A stretch of 63,841 nucleotides of DNA, the filler included, from Octopus bimaculoides (lineage: Eukaryota): the NCBI RefSeq assembly GCF_001194135.2. It is 5 parts of 5 records of this genome, joined end to end, with 100 filler letters (N's around TTAATTAATTAA, not from the genome) between each part and the next. Parts side by side here need not be neighbours in the genome. Positions count along the whole stretch, not along the records: positions 30,752 to 48,387 come from NC_069000.1; positions 48,488 to 60,945 come from NW_026330467.1; 3 more parts are not named here. One strand, given 5' to 3'. This document shows positions 40,787 through 54,111 of this stretch, piece by piece. The position numbers were made by a program, and so were the translations under genes. The notes below the pieces were generated by a model. It ran no database searches. It was not told the DNA's origin and was given only the letters and a program-made list of their open reading frames with translations. Each line of letters begins with the position of its first letter. Position 1 is the first letter of the stretch.

Positions 40787-42017
40787 NNNNNNNNNNNNNN
40801 NNNNNNNNNNNNNNNNNNNNNNNNNNNNNNNNNNNNNNNNNNNNNNNNNNNNNNNNNNNNNNNNNNNNNNNNNNNNNNNNNNNNNNNNNNNNNNNNNNNN
40901 NNNNNNNNNNNNNNNNNNNNNNNNNNNNNNNNNNNNNNNNNNNNNNNNNNNNNNNNNNNNNNNNNNNNNNNNNNNNNNNNNNNNNNNNNNNNNNNNNNNN
41001 NNNNNNNNNNNNNNNNNNNNNNNNNNNNNNNNNNNNNNNNNNNNNNNNNNNNNNAATGATGCTAGCTCGAGGGATTTCTACTTCGCAAACTGTTTTAAAT
41101 TCTTGTTTCAAGCCATGCTAATACGCTTGTATAATATCATTAATTTCCATATACACATATATCGTGTTGATTTATCTAGCAAAACAAAATTTATTTCGTT
41201 AATTTTTTTTATATGTATTCTATCTCTTTATCCTTATGTTTATTTCGGTATACGTGTATCTAGAGAACCACCGAATTTTATTTTTTAAAAACTTTTGCCT
41301 CTTGAGATCTAATGCCTTTAGCTATATATGTTTGAGTTAGTTTTCATAAGCCTTCATTGTTCCTGTATGATTAACTTACCTGTTCTAGAAATGTTCGTAT
41401 TTCCCTTGTGTTTTTATATTTACGAGATTAGCAAGCATCATATAATTCAAATAATGTGTGGAAATTTAATAGAAAAGAAAACAGCACATATGCGAAAATT
41501 TGAGACAAAGTATAAGGAAGGCTAGTTATATAGATTTTGTACTGCCACAAACAATATAGCAATGAAATTCTAAACTGTGTAGCAGAGTAACTCGATCTGT
41601 ATACACCGCTGTTCACGGTACGAGTTCATGCCACTGCAATGCTTGTGGTGTCATATGATATAACGCTGGGACAATCAATAAATTCTGTGTGGAATTCCAG
41701 AGACCTTCCAGAAACCTGTAATTAATACACAAACATCCGCACACACACGTATGAATGTATACATATATAAATATATATTATTCATATAATGTTAAGCACA
41801 TAATCTTATGACAGCTAATTTATCTTACAGTGTGGTTTAAAATGTGGCGGGATAAATTTGCAGCCATAGTCTATAGTTGATTGGCGAATAATAGCTAGTA
41901 CTCTTTTTTAATGGAAGCATGAATCTGTCTCATCCGATTGACACGACTTAGAGATTTTCTAAGAATAGCAAGAAAGGAATTCCTGAAATGAAAAATAAAG
42001 GCAGCTTATTTCTATTT

Positions 42018-42165
42018 CCGTCTAGCAAATCTACTCACACACATGGCATTGGTTGCCCCGAGGCTGTAGTAGAAGACACCTGCCCAAGGTGTCACACAGT
42101 GAGACTGAATCTGGAACCATGTGGTGGGAAAGCAAGCAGCTTACCACAGAGCCACGCCGGTGCCT
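42018..42165 (-). mobile_element. tRNA-derived SINE of the 26411 family, 5' part
   Basis: Reverse complement reads aggcaccggcgtggctctgtggtaag..catggttccagattcagtctc. Confidence 0.8.
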
Positions 42166-43745
42166 AATGCTTTATTTAGTTTAATTTAGTTAATTCGGTT
42201 CAAGTCTAGGTGAATATTTCTATTGAGAACGAAATAACGATCTAGAGGATTACCCGAAATGTAAATTTTAAGAATTTCATATATCAGTGAAAAACCTAAA
42301 TATGTATAATCTATGCAGCTTCTGCCTTTTTTCTCAATTTTAAAATGCAAGCTTCTAATCGAATCAAATATTACGAAGAAATGTTTATCTCTTGTGTATT
42401 AACTCGCCACCAGGGAGCAGCACATGTATTTGCTGTATATCATACTCGAAATTTGTTTTCCATTTACAGGTAAGGCCATATGTAATTTCAATTTTCAAAT
42501 ATTATTTAGTGACCAACGCATTGATTTTTGTTTTACCCACGTGTGTATAATATACATAGTATCCTAATTCCTGTTACACACTTTCATCTTTACAAATCCT
42601 TGATTACATATATAGGAAAACAAACTAAAATTATACGTATTGCTCGCTCTTGGCGAAACAGATAATTGAGGTAGTCCACCAGTTATTCCGATGGAACCCT
42701 AGTTACAGCATGCGATTGACAAATAGATATTTTTTTACCATGCTGTACAAGATAATTCGATAAATTCGGAAAACGTTCCCTTCGTATCTGGTTTGTGTAC
42801 GTCCGAGGTCACCTGCACTAAAAGAATAATATTACATATGTAATATTACCTTTGTAAATCTAATGATTTTTTCAGTTATTAATGTATTCAGATGCACAGT
42901 ATATCTGTTTAATTAACCTCTTAATTACATTCTTAATGCTTATACCAATAACTAAATAACAAAGTCAATTTACATTCATATAATTCCGTTTCCTCCCTCA
43001 TATTTTATAATTCATATAAATAATTCCATTTTTAATCATTTTCCTATAATACTCATTATTCTAGCTTAATTAAACGCAACAATACTTTCGTAAATTCGAA
43101 TTTTATAAGCAATAATAAAGTTTAATAAACTCTCTCTTTATATATATATATATTCACAAATATGTATCTATTTATATACCACTAATTGCTTTTGATCCGT
43201 TTACATTAATACGAAATAATTTACATATTTTACACGAACTGCCCTAAAATAATTTTCTATAGTTCTGCTTTCATTATCATGATATAGAATGCTTTCTCTC
43301 TGTAGCTTCTCTTTTCGTTTCGTCTTTTATTTCTAGTTTTAAAATTCTGTTCGTCATATTGTTTTCCGATACTTTATAGAAAATGTTTGAACTAATACTG
43401 TATAAGCAAAAAATGTACTCAATATGCAACTTTGTACTAAATACGAAGGGTGCTAAAAAGCTCCTGCTTTTGAGTAACAGAAAATATACGGGTATCAGTC
43501 AATTAGGATTTTATTCACCATATTCCCCTCACAGATTTACTCACTTATTGTGGCAGTCTTTTAGTTTTTTCTAAGCCCGTTAAAAGAACACGAAAGGTTA
43601 GGCCTCCAGCCAGGATTTTCGCGAAACCCTTAAAGCTAGGATCTCCTCAAATCCCCCACGTAAAATTTCTAAAATATTGCATTTGAAATTTTCTGCTTAA
43701 TTTTTTGTCGACCTGCTCTTTCCAAATTTTGTTACTTATTGGCTT

Positions 43746-43935
43746 CAAATTTTGGCACAAGAACAGCAATTTTGGTAAAGGAGGCAAGCGGATTACGTGG
43801 ATCCCAGTGCTGAGGTGGTACTCGTTTTAAAGACCCCGAAACGATAAAAGGTAAAGTTCAGCTAGGCGGAATTTGAACTCAGAACAAAAAGACGGACAAA
43901 ATGGCGCTAAGCAATTCGTCCGTGTTTACATTCTG
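43746..43935 (-). mobile_element. SINE of the 13994 family
   Basis: gaccccgaaacgataaaaggtaaag..ggcggaatttgaactcagaac. Confidence 0.8.
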
Positions 43936-44164
43936 AGTTGTTGTTTATGTTGTTCCTGTTGTAATCATTGTTCTTTTCCTTCGTTTCTTCTTCTTCTTCT
44001 TTTTCTTCTTCTTCTTCTTCTTCTTCTTCTTCTTCTTCTTCTTCTTCTTNNNNNNNNNNNNNNNNNNNNNNNNNNNNNNNNNNNNNNNNNNNNNNNNNNN
44101 NNNNNNNNNNNNNNNNNNNNNNNNNNNNNNNNNNNNNNNNNNNNNNNNNNNNNNNNNNNNNNNN

Positions 44165-44265
<101 letters not shown>

Positions 44266-44266
44266 T

Positions 44267-45005
44267 AGTAGTTTCATTTTTATCAAGTACTTTGACTGTG
44301 CAGCTCTATGTGCCTTGGGTATTTGCTGTGGTTTGTTGAAATGCTCATATATTTATATATTGAAAGTGTTTTTCGTCGGATGTGTGCCTAGTAGTTCTGA
44401 TGCTTTAGTTATGTACTTGTCTGAATGTTTCTTTGTTATCATGTCTGATACACCTACTATAATTGGAATTGTTTCTGTATTTCCAGGTATTTGTATCTTG
44501 AATGTTTTGCCGTTTCTTTTAGAGAAACATTGTCATCTGTTGCTATTGATACATCGATTAGGAAGCATGCCTTTCTTGATGAACTGTGACCACTATATCC
44601 AGCTTATTGACCTTAATTTCTCTATCTGTGTGTATTATCATATTCCAGATTATGGTGGCTTTCTCAGTTTCTGTGGCCTTTACTGGTGGGTGCATATACC
44701 ATCTATCTTTCTGTTGTTATTCCGTAGTATTGGCATAGCTTCCAGTGTATATAGATCCCAACTCTGTTGTGTCTGTGAATATATTCCTTCTTAGCCAGAG
44801 ACAATATGATTTAATATTTCTTCTCCCTCACCACATATTCTGCAGTTACTTGTACTTCTTTGCATTACATGTTTCTGGTGATTACTGGTGGGAAGGCTTT
44901 GATCTCCTGCTGCAATTAAAAATCCTTCAGTCTCTGCCTTCAGTCCTGAGCTTCTCAGCCACAGTTGGGATTTTGCTTTGTCTATATCTTTTCTATTGGC
45001 GTTAT
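44267..45005 (-). pseudogene. 5'-truncated R4/Dong-clade LINE (zinc knuckle and RLE) inside a (TAA)n tract
   Basis: LWLRSSGLKAETEGFLIAAGDQSL..CRICGEGEEILNHIVSG / AKKEYIHRHNRVGIYIHWKLC / NKLDIVV / FLIDVSIATDDNV; flanked by ATT/TAA microsatellite on both sides. Confidence 0.9.
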
Positions 45006-45025
45006 TATCATCATCATCATCATCA

Positions 45026-45080
<55 letters not shown>

Positions 45081-45111
45081 CATCATCATTATTATTATTA
45101 TTTTATGTTTG

Positions 45112-45359
<248 letters not shown>

Positions 45360-45882
45360 CATTATTACTTAAGTATATAAATGTATATTAACGTATATAT
45401 TTGAAGTCATAATGTTTACTTAGTTTTGTTTGATTTTGCAAAATCCAATCTGAAGAATGGAATAACAGTAATTACTTTGAACTTCGTATGTGTTTGTGTT
45501 AGCACCGCGTGAGTTTTGCCATTCAATGCGAAATCATAATAATGGCTTCCTAAGAGCATCAAGCTTCAATGTGACAAAAGTCGCAACTCATGTTTACTTT
45601 AATATGTCTCTACCGTTTCAAATACGTACATACATAGTTTCTATAGTAATTAGGATCTTAATACAGAAAGGTGCATATGTGTATGTATGTATGTGTGTAT
45701 GTGCATGTGCAGGTATGTACATACATTTATACATATACGTGTCTGTACATAAAAAAATATTTATATATATACACACACACACATATATATATGCGTATGT
45801 ATGTATATACATACATATGTCAACTATATCATTACGCTTTCCCACGAACGAAAGCAATGTGCCACTTGCGTATTTTGTGTAA

Positions 45883-45928
<46 letters not shown>

Positions 45929-46075
45929 NNNNNNNNNNNNNNNNNNNNNNNNNNNNNNNNNNNNNNNNNNNNNNNNNNNNNNNNNNNNNNNNNNNNNNNN
46001 NNNNNNNNNNNNNNNNNNNNNNNNNNNNNNNNNNNNNNNNNNNNNNNNNNNNNNNNNNNNNNNNNNNNNNNNNNN

Positions 46076-46119
<44 letters not shown>

Positions 46120-47204
46120 ATGCTTATACAAACATGTATGTATTTCTACATAAATGTATATGCAAGTATTGTTCGATTGCAAACAGTGGTGATTCCATTC
46201 TTTTCCTCTAACAACACAACGTAATTAATTCTATGAATTACATTGGCTTCTTGACTTTCTGCTTTTATTTAACGGAACAACAACGTAGAGCCCTGTACAC
46301 TGACTGCTCGAACTGACTGCTCATAACGTCAGCTAAATCACTCTGAAATCAGTTTCTCCAATCACGAGTAATATACTTAGAGAAATATCAGTCGAAAAAG
46401 AAGAGACCTCCGTTGAAACATATTTCATCGTACCATCGTTTGATCGCCTTTCATCTGATATCGAACAATGCAAACATGCTTATTTTTTTCTAAGACTAAA
46501 AGCTACAAATTATGGACCAGAAAGAAGACGAATATAACAATGTACGTAGCTCAGTACTATTTCATTAATGGACGGATGAAGGGTCAAATCACCCCTGGAG
46601 TGATTCGAAATTATAAATAAAAGGGGTGTAACAAATTCAGGCAATTTTCTTTCTCCAAAATCTTATCGAGGGAATGGAAACAAACTAAAATAACAACAAA
46701 TATTAAACTGAATTGTTGCAGAATCTCAGTGTGATTAAGGCGAGTAAAATGTGAATATAGTCCGTATCTGTTTTTGGTCTGCGACAAACAATAGATTTGT
46801 CTCTCTTGATGGACCGTTTCACGATTTGTTGATAAATTCACAGAGAAGGTGTTTACGCTTTCTTTCTCAATCATTTGTATAGAATCTTCAGCAGCGATAC
46901 AAAGCATTTATAAATTGGTTGAGCACGTTAGCGGAAAGCGTAGTTTGCATATTTGCGCATTTGAAGTACGTCATAATTAAACGTTGTTTTTATACTGAGA
47001 TTTGTCCCGCAGACACAGCACACACCATCATAACATTCGATGATGTGTCTAGGTAAGGTATGGAGCACAAAACATGTTGCAATTGCAGAAACCAAATTTT
47101 AATCAATACTTAAGCATTCCGCAATAACAACGTATATATTATTAACTGTTCGGTGTATAAAGGAAAAACAAATCTTGACTGGTCATATGACGGTCGGAAT
47201 CATG

Positions 47205-47245
47205 TCATTCACAGGGCTGAAGAAGGCCGAAACATGTCTGAGTTT
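47205..47245 (+). ncRNA. Minimal hammerhead-like core with a weak stem I
   Basis: CTGAAGA 47217-47223, A, GGCC, GAAA 47229-47232, palindromic ACATGT, GUC triplet. Confidence 0.4.
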
Positions 47246-47536
47246 CGCAGTGAGTCACTACTGGGAGGACGTTCTTCTCGCTTTTATTCGAGGTGTAATG
47301 CACATCATAACTTTCAGTGGTATATATGCGTTATGGCATACAAATGTCTATTTTAAACAATATAGATTTCAGGAAAAAGGTTATGGGAGTCTTAAGGACT
47401 AAAATGGATTTTGGTATTACAAAGCGAAACTCAGGTGAAATAAGACACAGAATTTGACAGTTTTAATAAAAGGGAAAGAAGATAGAACATCTCATTCAAA
47501 AAGAAATGTATTTAAAATACGGTTTATTTCTAACAT

Positions 47537-47655
47537 TCCATCCTTTCGAGGACGATAAATTAAGTACCAGTTGCGTACTGGGGTCGTTCTAATCGACTGG
47601 CTCACACCTCCTGAAAAATTTCGGGCCTTGCGCCTAGCGTAGAAAAGTAATTACT
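47537..47655 (+). mobile_element. SINE 3' half of the 13994 family
   Basis: catcctttcgaggacgataaattaagtaccagttgcgtactggggtcg. Confidence 0.8.
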
Positions 47656-48277
47656 CAGGGTAGGCAATTGGTGTCCTTTACGTAGTAAAGCATACACAAA
47701 ATATAAGCGAAACACAGGCGGCGACTGTGTTGAAGGCAGAATTACTTCTGCCTTTATAGAACTTAAAGAAAACATTGTTGTAGGCATGAACACAGCACGT
47801 GTACTACAGCATTACATTGCGTAGCTTAAATACTGAGATTGGAAAGCAGCGTCGAATTATGTCTACCTAATCTTCAAAAAAATTTTTAATATTTTGAATT
47901 TTGAGCATAGTAATCAGAGGAACCTTCATACCTTTATTAAATCACGGGCATATTTTGCTATGAAAGGAAAATGTGCGCAGAGAAGTTGCTGAAATACGGC
48001 TTCAAAAGGCGATTCATTACAAAATGGAATCGTTTATGTTACTTGATTTCCTTCTTAGTACGTTTTAGTATCTTAAGTATTCAATATTCAAATAGCTGAA
48101 CCTCTATACTCTATGCAGTTGGTGGAAGTGTATTACACACAAACGCGCACATAGCCCCACACGCACGCGCGCTCGCTCCCACACTCACAGACGTGTATAT
48201 GCATACATATATATATGTCTGTTTATATGTATTACATAAATACATATATACCTACATGAGCGCAATTGCACACACAG

Positions 48278-48348
<71 letters not shown>

Positions 48349-48859
48349 CACCTATATCTCTATATGTCTACCAATTTATTTATGCATNNNNNNNNNNNNN
48401 NNNNNNNNNNNNNNNNNNNNNNNNNNNNNNNTTAATTAATTAANNNNNNNNNNNNNNNNNNNNNNNNNNNNNNNNNNNNNNNNNNNNGAGAGAGAGAGAG
48501 AGAGAGAGAGAGATGTATGCATGTATGTATGTGTGTATATAATGGTATAAAAGGTATATTTGTGTTATTTCTTCACACCCTTTTTTGTAAGTTGGTCCAT
48601 TTGATGCCGTGCCAAAAAGAAATGAGATCGTGTACGGATGGATTTGGAAGGGGGTGGGGTACAGCAATTGTTTTATTTGTTTCTTTTTTGTATGTCTGGT
48701 ACTGTGGTGACGACGGTGACAGAGAGAGTGTCGTATGAAAATGTATATCGATGTCGTGGAAGCAAAGGAGAGGATGATGATGATGATGATGATGAGTAGG
48801 ACAATGATGATGACAGTGATGATGAAGAATATGTTGGTGAGGGTGATGATGATGATGAA

Positions 48860-48980
48860 GACAGGTGGTGTAAACAACAAATGGATGTATTAGTTTAACG
48901 CTCGGGAATAGAGAAAGTTTTTGACGTTTCGAGCCTACGCTCTTCAACAGAAAGTAACACAGAAAGAAATAAGGAGATAT
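48860..48980 (-). repeat. Dispersed repeat carrying a hammerhead-like motif at 48918-48955; sibling of 62340-62470
   Basis: Reverse complement ttctgttgaagagcgtaggctcgaaacgtcaaaaactttctctattcccgagcg...tttacaccacctgtc matches 62371-62463. Confidence 0.85.
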
Positions 48981-49472
48981 ACATATCTCATTATANNNNN
49001 NNNNNNNNNNNNNNNNNNNNNNNNNNNNNNNNNNNNNNNNNNNNNNNNNNNNNNNNNNNNNNNNNNNNNNNNNNNNNNNNNNNNNNNNNNNNNNNNNNNN
49101 NNNNNNNNNNNNNNNNNNNNNNNNNNNNNNNNNNNNNNNNNNNNNNNNNNNNNNNNNNNNNNNNNNNNNNNNNNNNNNNNNNNNNNNNNNNNNNNNNNNN
49201 NNNNNNNNNNNNNNNNNNNNNNNNNNNNNNNNNNNNNNNNNNNNNNNNNNNNNNNNNNNNNNNNNNNNNNNNNNNNNNNNNNNNNNNNNNNNNNNNNNNN
49301 NNNNNNNNNNNNNNNNNNNNNNNNNNNNNNNNNNNNNNNNNNNNNNNNNNNNNNNNNNNNNNNNNNNNNNNNNNNNNNNNNNNNNNNNNNNNNNNNNNNN
49401 NNNNNNNNNNNNNNNNNNNNNNNNNNNNNNNNNNNNNNNNNNNNNNNNNNNNNNNNNNNNNNNNNNNNNNNN

Positions 49473-49517
<45 letters not shown>

Positions 49518-49796
49518 CACACGTAGAAATTATATGCGTCATATTATTGTAAACGTCCTTGGAAATTTACAGACTGTATATATATGTATGTATATGCGTG
49601 CGTGTATGTGTGTGTATGCATATGCATGTAGATAGATAGAAAGAGGGAAGACAGTTATACATGCACACACACACAGACACACACACACACACACACACCT
49701 ATATATATACATAAATATATGTGTACGTACACGCACAAGAAGGCACAACTCTATACCTACATTCAAATATACACATATACGAACACATATAGTCAC

Positions 49797-49827
<31 letters not shown>

Positions 49828-50386
49828 GCTATATTCAATTAGCGGATGTCCGCCATTCATATCCCAGCTATATCACATCAACAACATCAACAATTCTCTT
49901 CTCCTAAATATGGCTGCCTTTCTATAATGAAACGCCGCCATTGTTTGAAGAAGAAAAAAGCTTGATTGGAAAAAAAAAAAAACCCTTTTCTTTCTTCTTA
50001 CCGTCTATCTATTTGTTTACATCACCCTTACTTTCTTCCTTTCTTTCTCTCTTTCATTTTTCTTTATATTCTTTCTTTTTCTTCCTTGCTTTTTGTTTTG
50101 TTCTTTATTTTTGGTTGTTTGTTTAATGGATTCCCTCATCATTCATTTATACTGTAACATTTCTTGTTTTGTTTTTATGTTCTATGTTTGTGGGCGGGCG
50201 GGTGCGTGTGTGTTTGCGTAGCGTGTGGTTGTGTATATGTGCGTGTGTATGTTTGTGTTTGTATGTGGTGCTCACAGTCATTCTGTTTTTAATTATTGTC
50301 ATCCTTATATATATGTGTGTGTGTGTGTGTATGTGTGTATGTATGTATATGAATCTATATATACAGATATATATGCATATATATGC

Positions 50387-50434
<48 letters not shown>

Positions 50435-50941
50435 NNNNNNNNNNNNNNNNNNNNNNNNNNNNNNNNNNNNNNNNNNNNNNNNNNNNNNNNNNNNNNNNNN
50501 NNNNNNNNNNNNNNNNNNNNNNNNNNNNNNNNNNNNGATATACCCGGCGTTGCTCAAGGTTAAAATGGTATAGCTTGTTTATATATATATTACAGTTATG
50601 TTGAAACAGGTGATACGAGAAAGTGCAGCATTGACGACAAAACATTTGTAGAGTAAATGATGGTCCAATTCGACTAATCGACATGTTATACATCCGTTTG
50701 GAGGATTCCATGCCCTAACCTAGCTTGGAAAACTGGGGTGGGGGTGTGTAATTTTTGAACCCACCGAAAAGCTGTCAGTGGATATACTCGCCTTTGAGGC
50801 GGTCAGCGGCTGCGTGTAACACGACCCATCGTATGGTTAACAGTCAAATGAATGGAGGTGTAATGGAGATATTGTACGTAAATGGGTACATTCTGGAAAT
50901 GGGCTGTAATGGGAGACGGTGACGGGGAATTGAACTGTCGA

Positions 50942-51177
50942 AAGAGGTTGAGGAGGGGCTGGTAGTGCTGGCAATCTTACCTTACCGCCTGAGCAGCACA
51001 TGCCAGTAGTTTCATTTGGAAATTTGAAAGCTTTGCAGAAACGACAATTTGAGTGTAGCACACCAAAAGTATTGCAGCATGCCTTAGTTGATCTTGCATC
51101 TGCTGACCCTGAGAAAGTCTCATCTCCTTTCCCTGTTGAGACACACGCCTTCGGTTTTCAGCAATTGTTATGAACAT
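50942..51177 (-). pseudogene. Helitron RepHel N-terminal fragment with a Cys-rich zinc-binding motif
   Basis: CRFCKAFKFPNETTGMCCSGGKVRLPALPAPPQPL matches the Helitron CxxCxAxKxxxExxGMCCxxGKVxLP signature. Confidence 0.88.
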
Positions 51178-51187
51178 TGAAAAAATA

Positions 51188-51416
51188 TATTGGGTTGTCC
51201 AAAAAGTTCGTGCCGATTATTAAAGGAAAAAAGGTCAATAAATACTTGCCATTACATTTTTAATCAACCAAATATGAACCATTTTGTTACAGAATGCGTC
51301 TCCATCTCTCCTTTAACTTGAAAATAACCTCTTCCCAGAATCGAGGTGGTTTCATGGCAAGTAAGTCGAAAGGTAAGCTACTATAAATCGGCACAAACTT
51401 TCCGGACAACCCAATA
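51188..51416 (-). mobile_element. Mariner-derived MITE with about 29-bp TIRs and a TA duplication
   Basis: TA-ttgggttgtccaaaaagttcgtgccgatt ... aatcggcacaaactttccggacaacccaa-TA; internal minus-strand peptide KPPRFWEEVIFKLKERWRRIL*QNGSY (mariner C-terminus). Confidence 0.93.
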
Positions 51417-52267
51417 CGTTAATCTCTATTTTTGTAAGCAGTTGTATGTATATAGTATGTCCGTATTTTTGTATGCAGTGTAAATTAACGAAATATAAGC
51501 AAATGAACGAAATATCACATGTATGGAACTGCTAATTTAACGGTAAATACCACAATAATTATTATAGAGAGACAAAGAATTGTATATTTTACCTTGCAAC
51601 TGCTGCGATAATTATTAACTCGTTATAGAAAGGTAAATGTGTATTGTTTTGAAGGAAATGAAAATAAAATTTCGTATTGACACTGGCCAGACAGCACTTC
51701 ACGCATGTCTGTTGTCGACACACAGCAAAGAGAAAGAGACAAAAATAAAATAAAGTGTTAAATTTTTTTTCTAAAAACGTTCAATGACGTTAACTGGAGT
51801 TTGGGGTTCGAGTAGACGTCCTTCCACCTTTTCATTTATCATTACCATTCTTTTCATTCGATTTCATTTTTTCCCTACTTTTTGTCATTACGGTATCGAA
51901 ATGTGATTGTTTCATTTTTAAAGTAAAAGTATTTGACATGAGTGTTTTTGTTTCACTTTTGACACGTAATACTTAAATAGTGGAGGAGATATTATGTTGC
52001 TGTGGGCTCGAAATATGCAAGAAGTAAAAAAAATTTTTTTTACTAAAACAGAACTGGGACCCTAAGTAAGGCATGTGTAAAATTTGAATGAAATTGGTTG
52101 TGTAGTTCTGGAGTTTTAGGGATTTACACCGACACAGACACACACACACACAGGCATACATTCTCATTTCTATATATATATAGATTATCTATTATATTAT
52201 ATATATATATATTATATATTATATATTATATAATATATAATATATACATCTACATGTATATATAGAT

Positions 52268-52430
52268 GCACATCCGGGTACAGGACGTTAGAAAAATGAA
52301 CGGGAACATAAAGCACAGAAACGGACTTTGTTTACAGGAAACAGAACGAACACAGGAAAACAGACGGGCCACTTATGGAATTATTCCTTCATCAGCTGCC
52401 TCTATTCTAAACTAGGCGTTTCGATGATGA
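52268..52430 (-). repeat. Dispersed repeat, possibly Penelope-terminal, containing CTGATGA plus a hairpin
   Basis: catccgggtacaggacgtt at 52270 resembles catatctgggtacaggacatt at 26321; minus strand ggcagctgatgaaggaataattcc. Confidence 0.45.
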
Positions 52431-52440
52431 TATATATATG

Positions 52441-52510
<70 letters not shown>

Positions 52511-52789
52511 GTCATGTATTTTCCTGTATGTCTATCTACCACGACAGCGGGTACCTGTGGCAAAAATAGAAACTAACCAGAGACCTAGATATCGGCTTAA
52601 CATTCCAAACTCAGACTAGACAACGCCGACCTCACAGCCACCACCAGTAAAACCACCACCTCCATCAGTAACGCCACTCCGAAGTGCCACAAGCTCCCAT
52701 CGTAGTCAGTCAATCTTTCGGAAGGAGTGCATAAATCCCTCCTTGGAGGGGACACGTTTCCGTCGCAGGATTATTCATATTTGCCGGTT

Positions 52790-52895
52790 AAATAATGGAC
52801 TGGAACAAGAAGACAACGCGTCACCGGATCCAGGAATCGAAACTACAATCTTCCGACCACGGATCCAGTACTCTAACCACTTAGCTTCTAGCCTC
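52790..52895 (-). mobile_element. tRNA-type SINE head fragment
   Basis: Reverse complement gctaagtggttagagtactggatcc..gtagtttcgattcctgg has A/B-box-like motifs. Confidence 0.6.
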
Positions 52896-53473
52896 TACAA
52901 AGCCGATCATGACATCACGTGATAAAACACCAACAAACTACACACCCCTCATCAAATTACACCTCCTCTCACAAAATAAACGCCCTTCAATAAAAAAGAG
53001 AAAAACAACAACAACAAAGGAAAGATAACTCAAAGAAATATATTCTTTATGATGGCTAATAGTAAAGGCATATCGATTTATTCCTGTAGGGTTCAATTAA
53101 TTGATTCTTCAGTTTGTTTGTTTATTTAGATTTTTTTAATAATTTTTCCTCGAATTTGTTTTTTCGTTTTTTTTCAAGATCCGTCTTCGTTCTTCTTTTC
53201 TGTTTTTTTTTTTAATTTTTTTTTTCAGTTCGATAAATTAAATAATAAATAAAATTTATTTATTTATCAACATATTATTTTTGTACCGTTTTTTTTTTCA
53301 TATTTATACGTGTGAATTTTTTAAATTCATGATTGACATTTTCTTTTTTTCTTCTATTTTCTTTTGATGTTTTATTTTTGGCTATTTACACAAAAGAATG
53401 TTTGTTCCTTTTATATATATATGTATATATAAATATATATATATACATATATACATATATATATACACATATA

Positions 53474-53512
<39 letters not shown>

Positions 53513-53611
53513 GTATATATATGTTTGTACAGATGTATTTGTATGTGTATAGACATCTGTATGTCCTCATGTATATATGTGCATTCTGCGTATGTATAAA
53601 TACATACACAC

Positions 53612-53702
<91 letters not shown>

Positions 53703-54066
53703 TATATATATAAATGTGTGAATATGTGTGTCTTTGCGTGTGTGTGAGTAACTGGGTGTATATAACCGTGTATAGTGTACGTATGTATGTGTATGAATAT
53801 ATGTATATGTCTGTTTGTGTGTGCGTGTGTATGTGTGTGTGCTTGTGAGTGTATATAGATATATAATTAAGAAAGTATACTTATATTTATATGTTTATAC
53901 CCAGGATTGCTTATTACTGTACATTTTTGCTATTGTTTTTACTATACGCATAATCTCTAACACGGATTCTTTACTATTATTATTATTATTATTATTAGTT
54001 TTACTTTCACTTTCACTTTTGTATCCATTTCTTATCAAGTGTCTTCCAAATTCTTATAATTATTTC

Positions 54067-54111
<45 letters not shown>

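Larger units (their letters stand above)
50538..52184 (-). mobile_element. Internally deleted Helitron of about 1.65 kb, including a nested MITE
   Basis: 5' end A/TCTATATATATATAGAAATGAGAATG at 52184; RepHel N-terminal motif; 3' hairpin-like end ttgagcaacgccgggtatatc running into the N gap at 50537. Confidence 0.75.
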
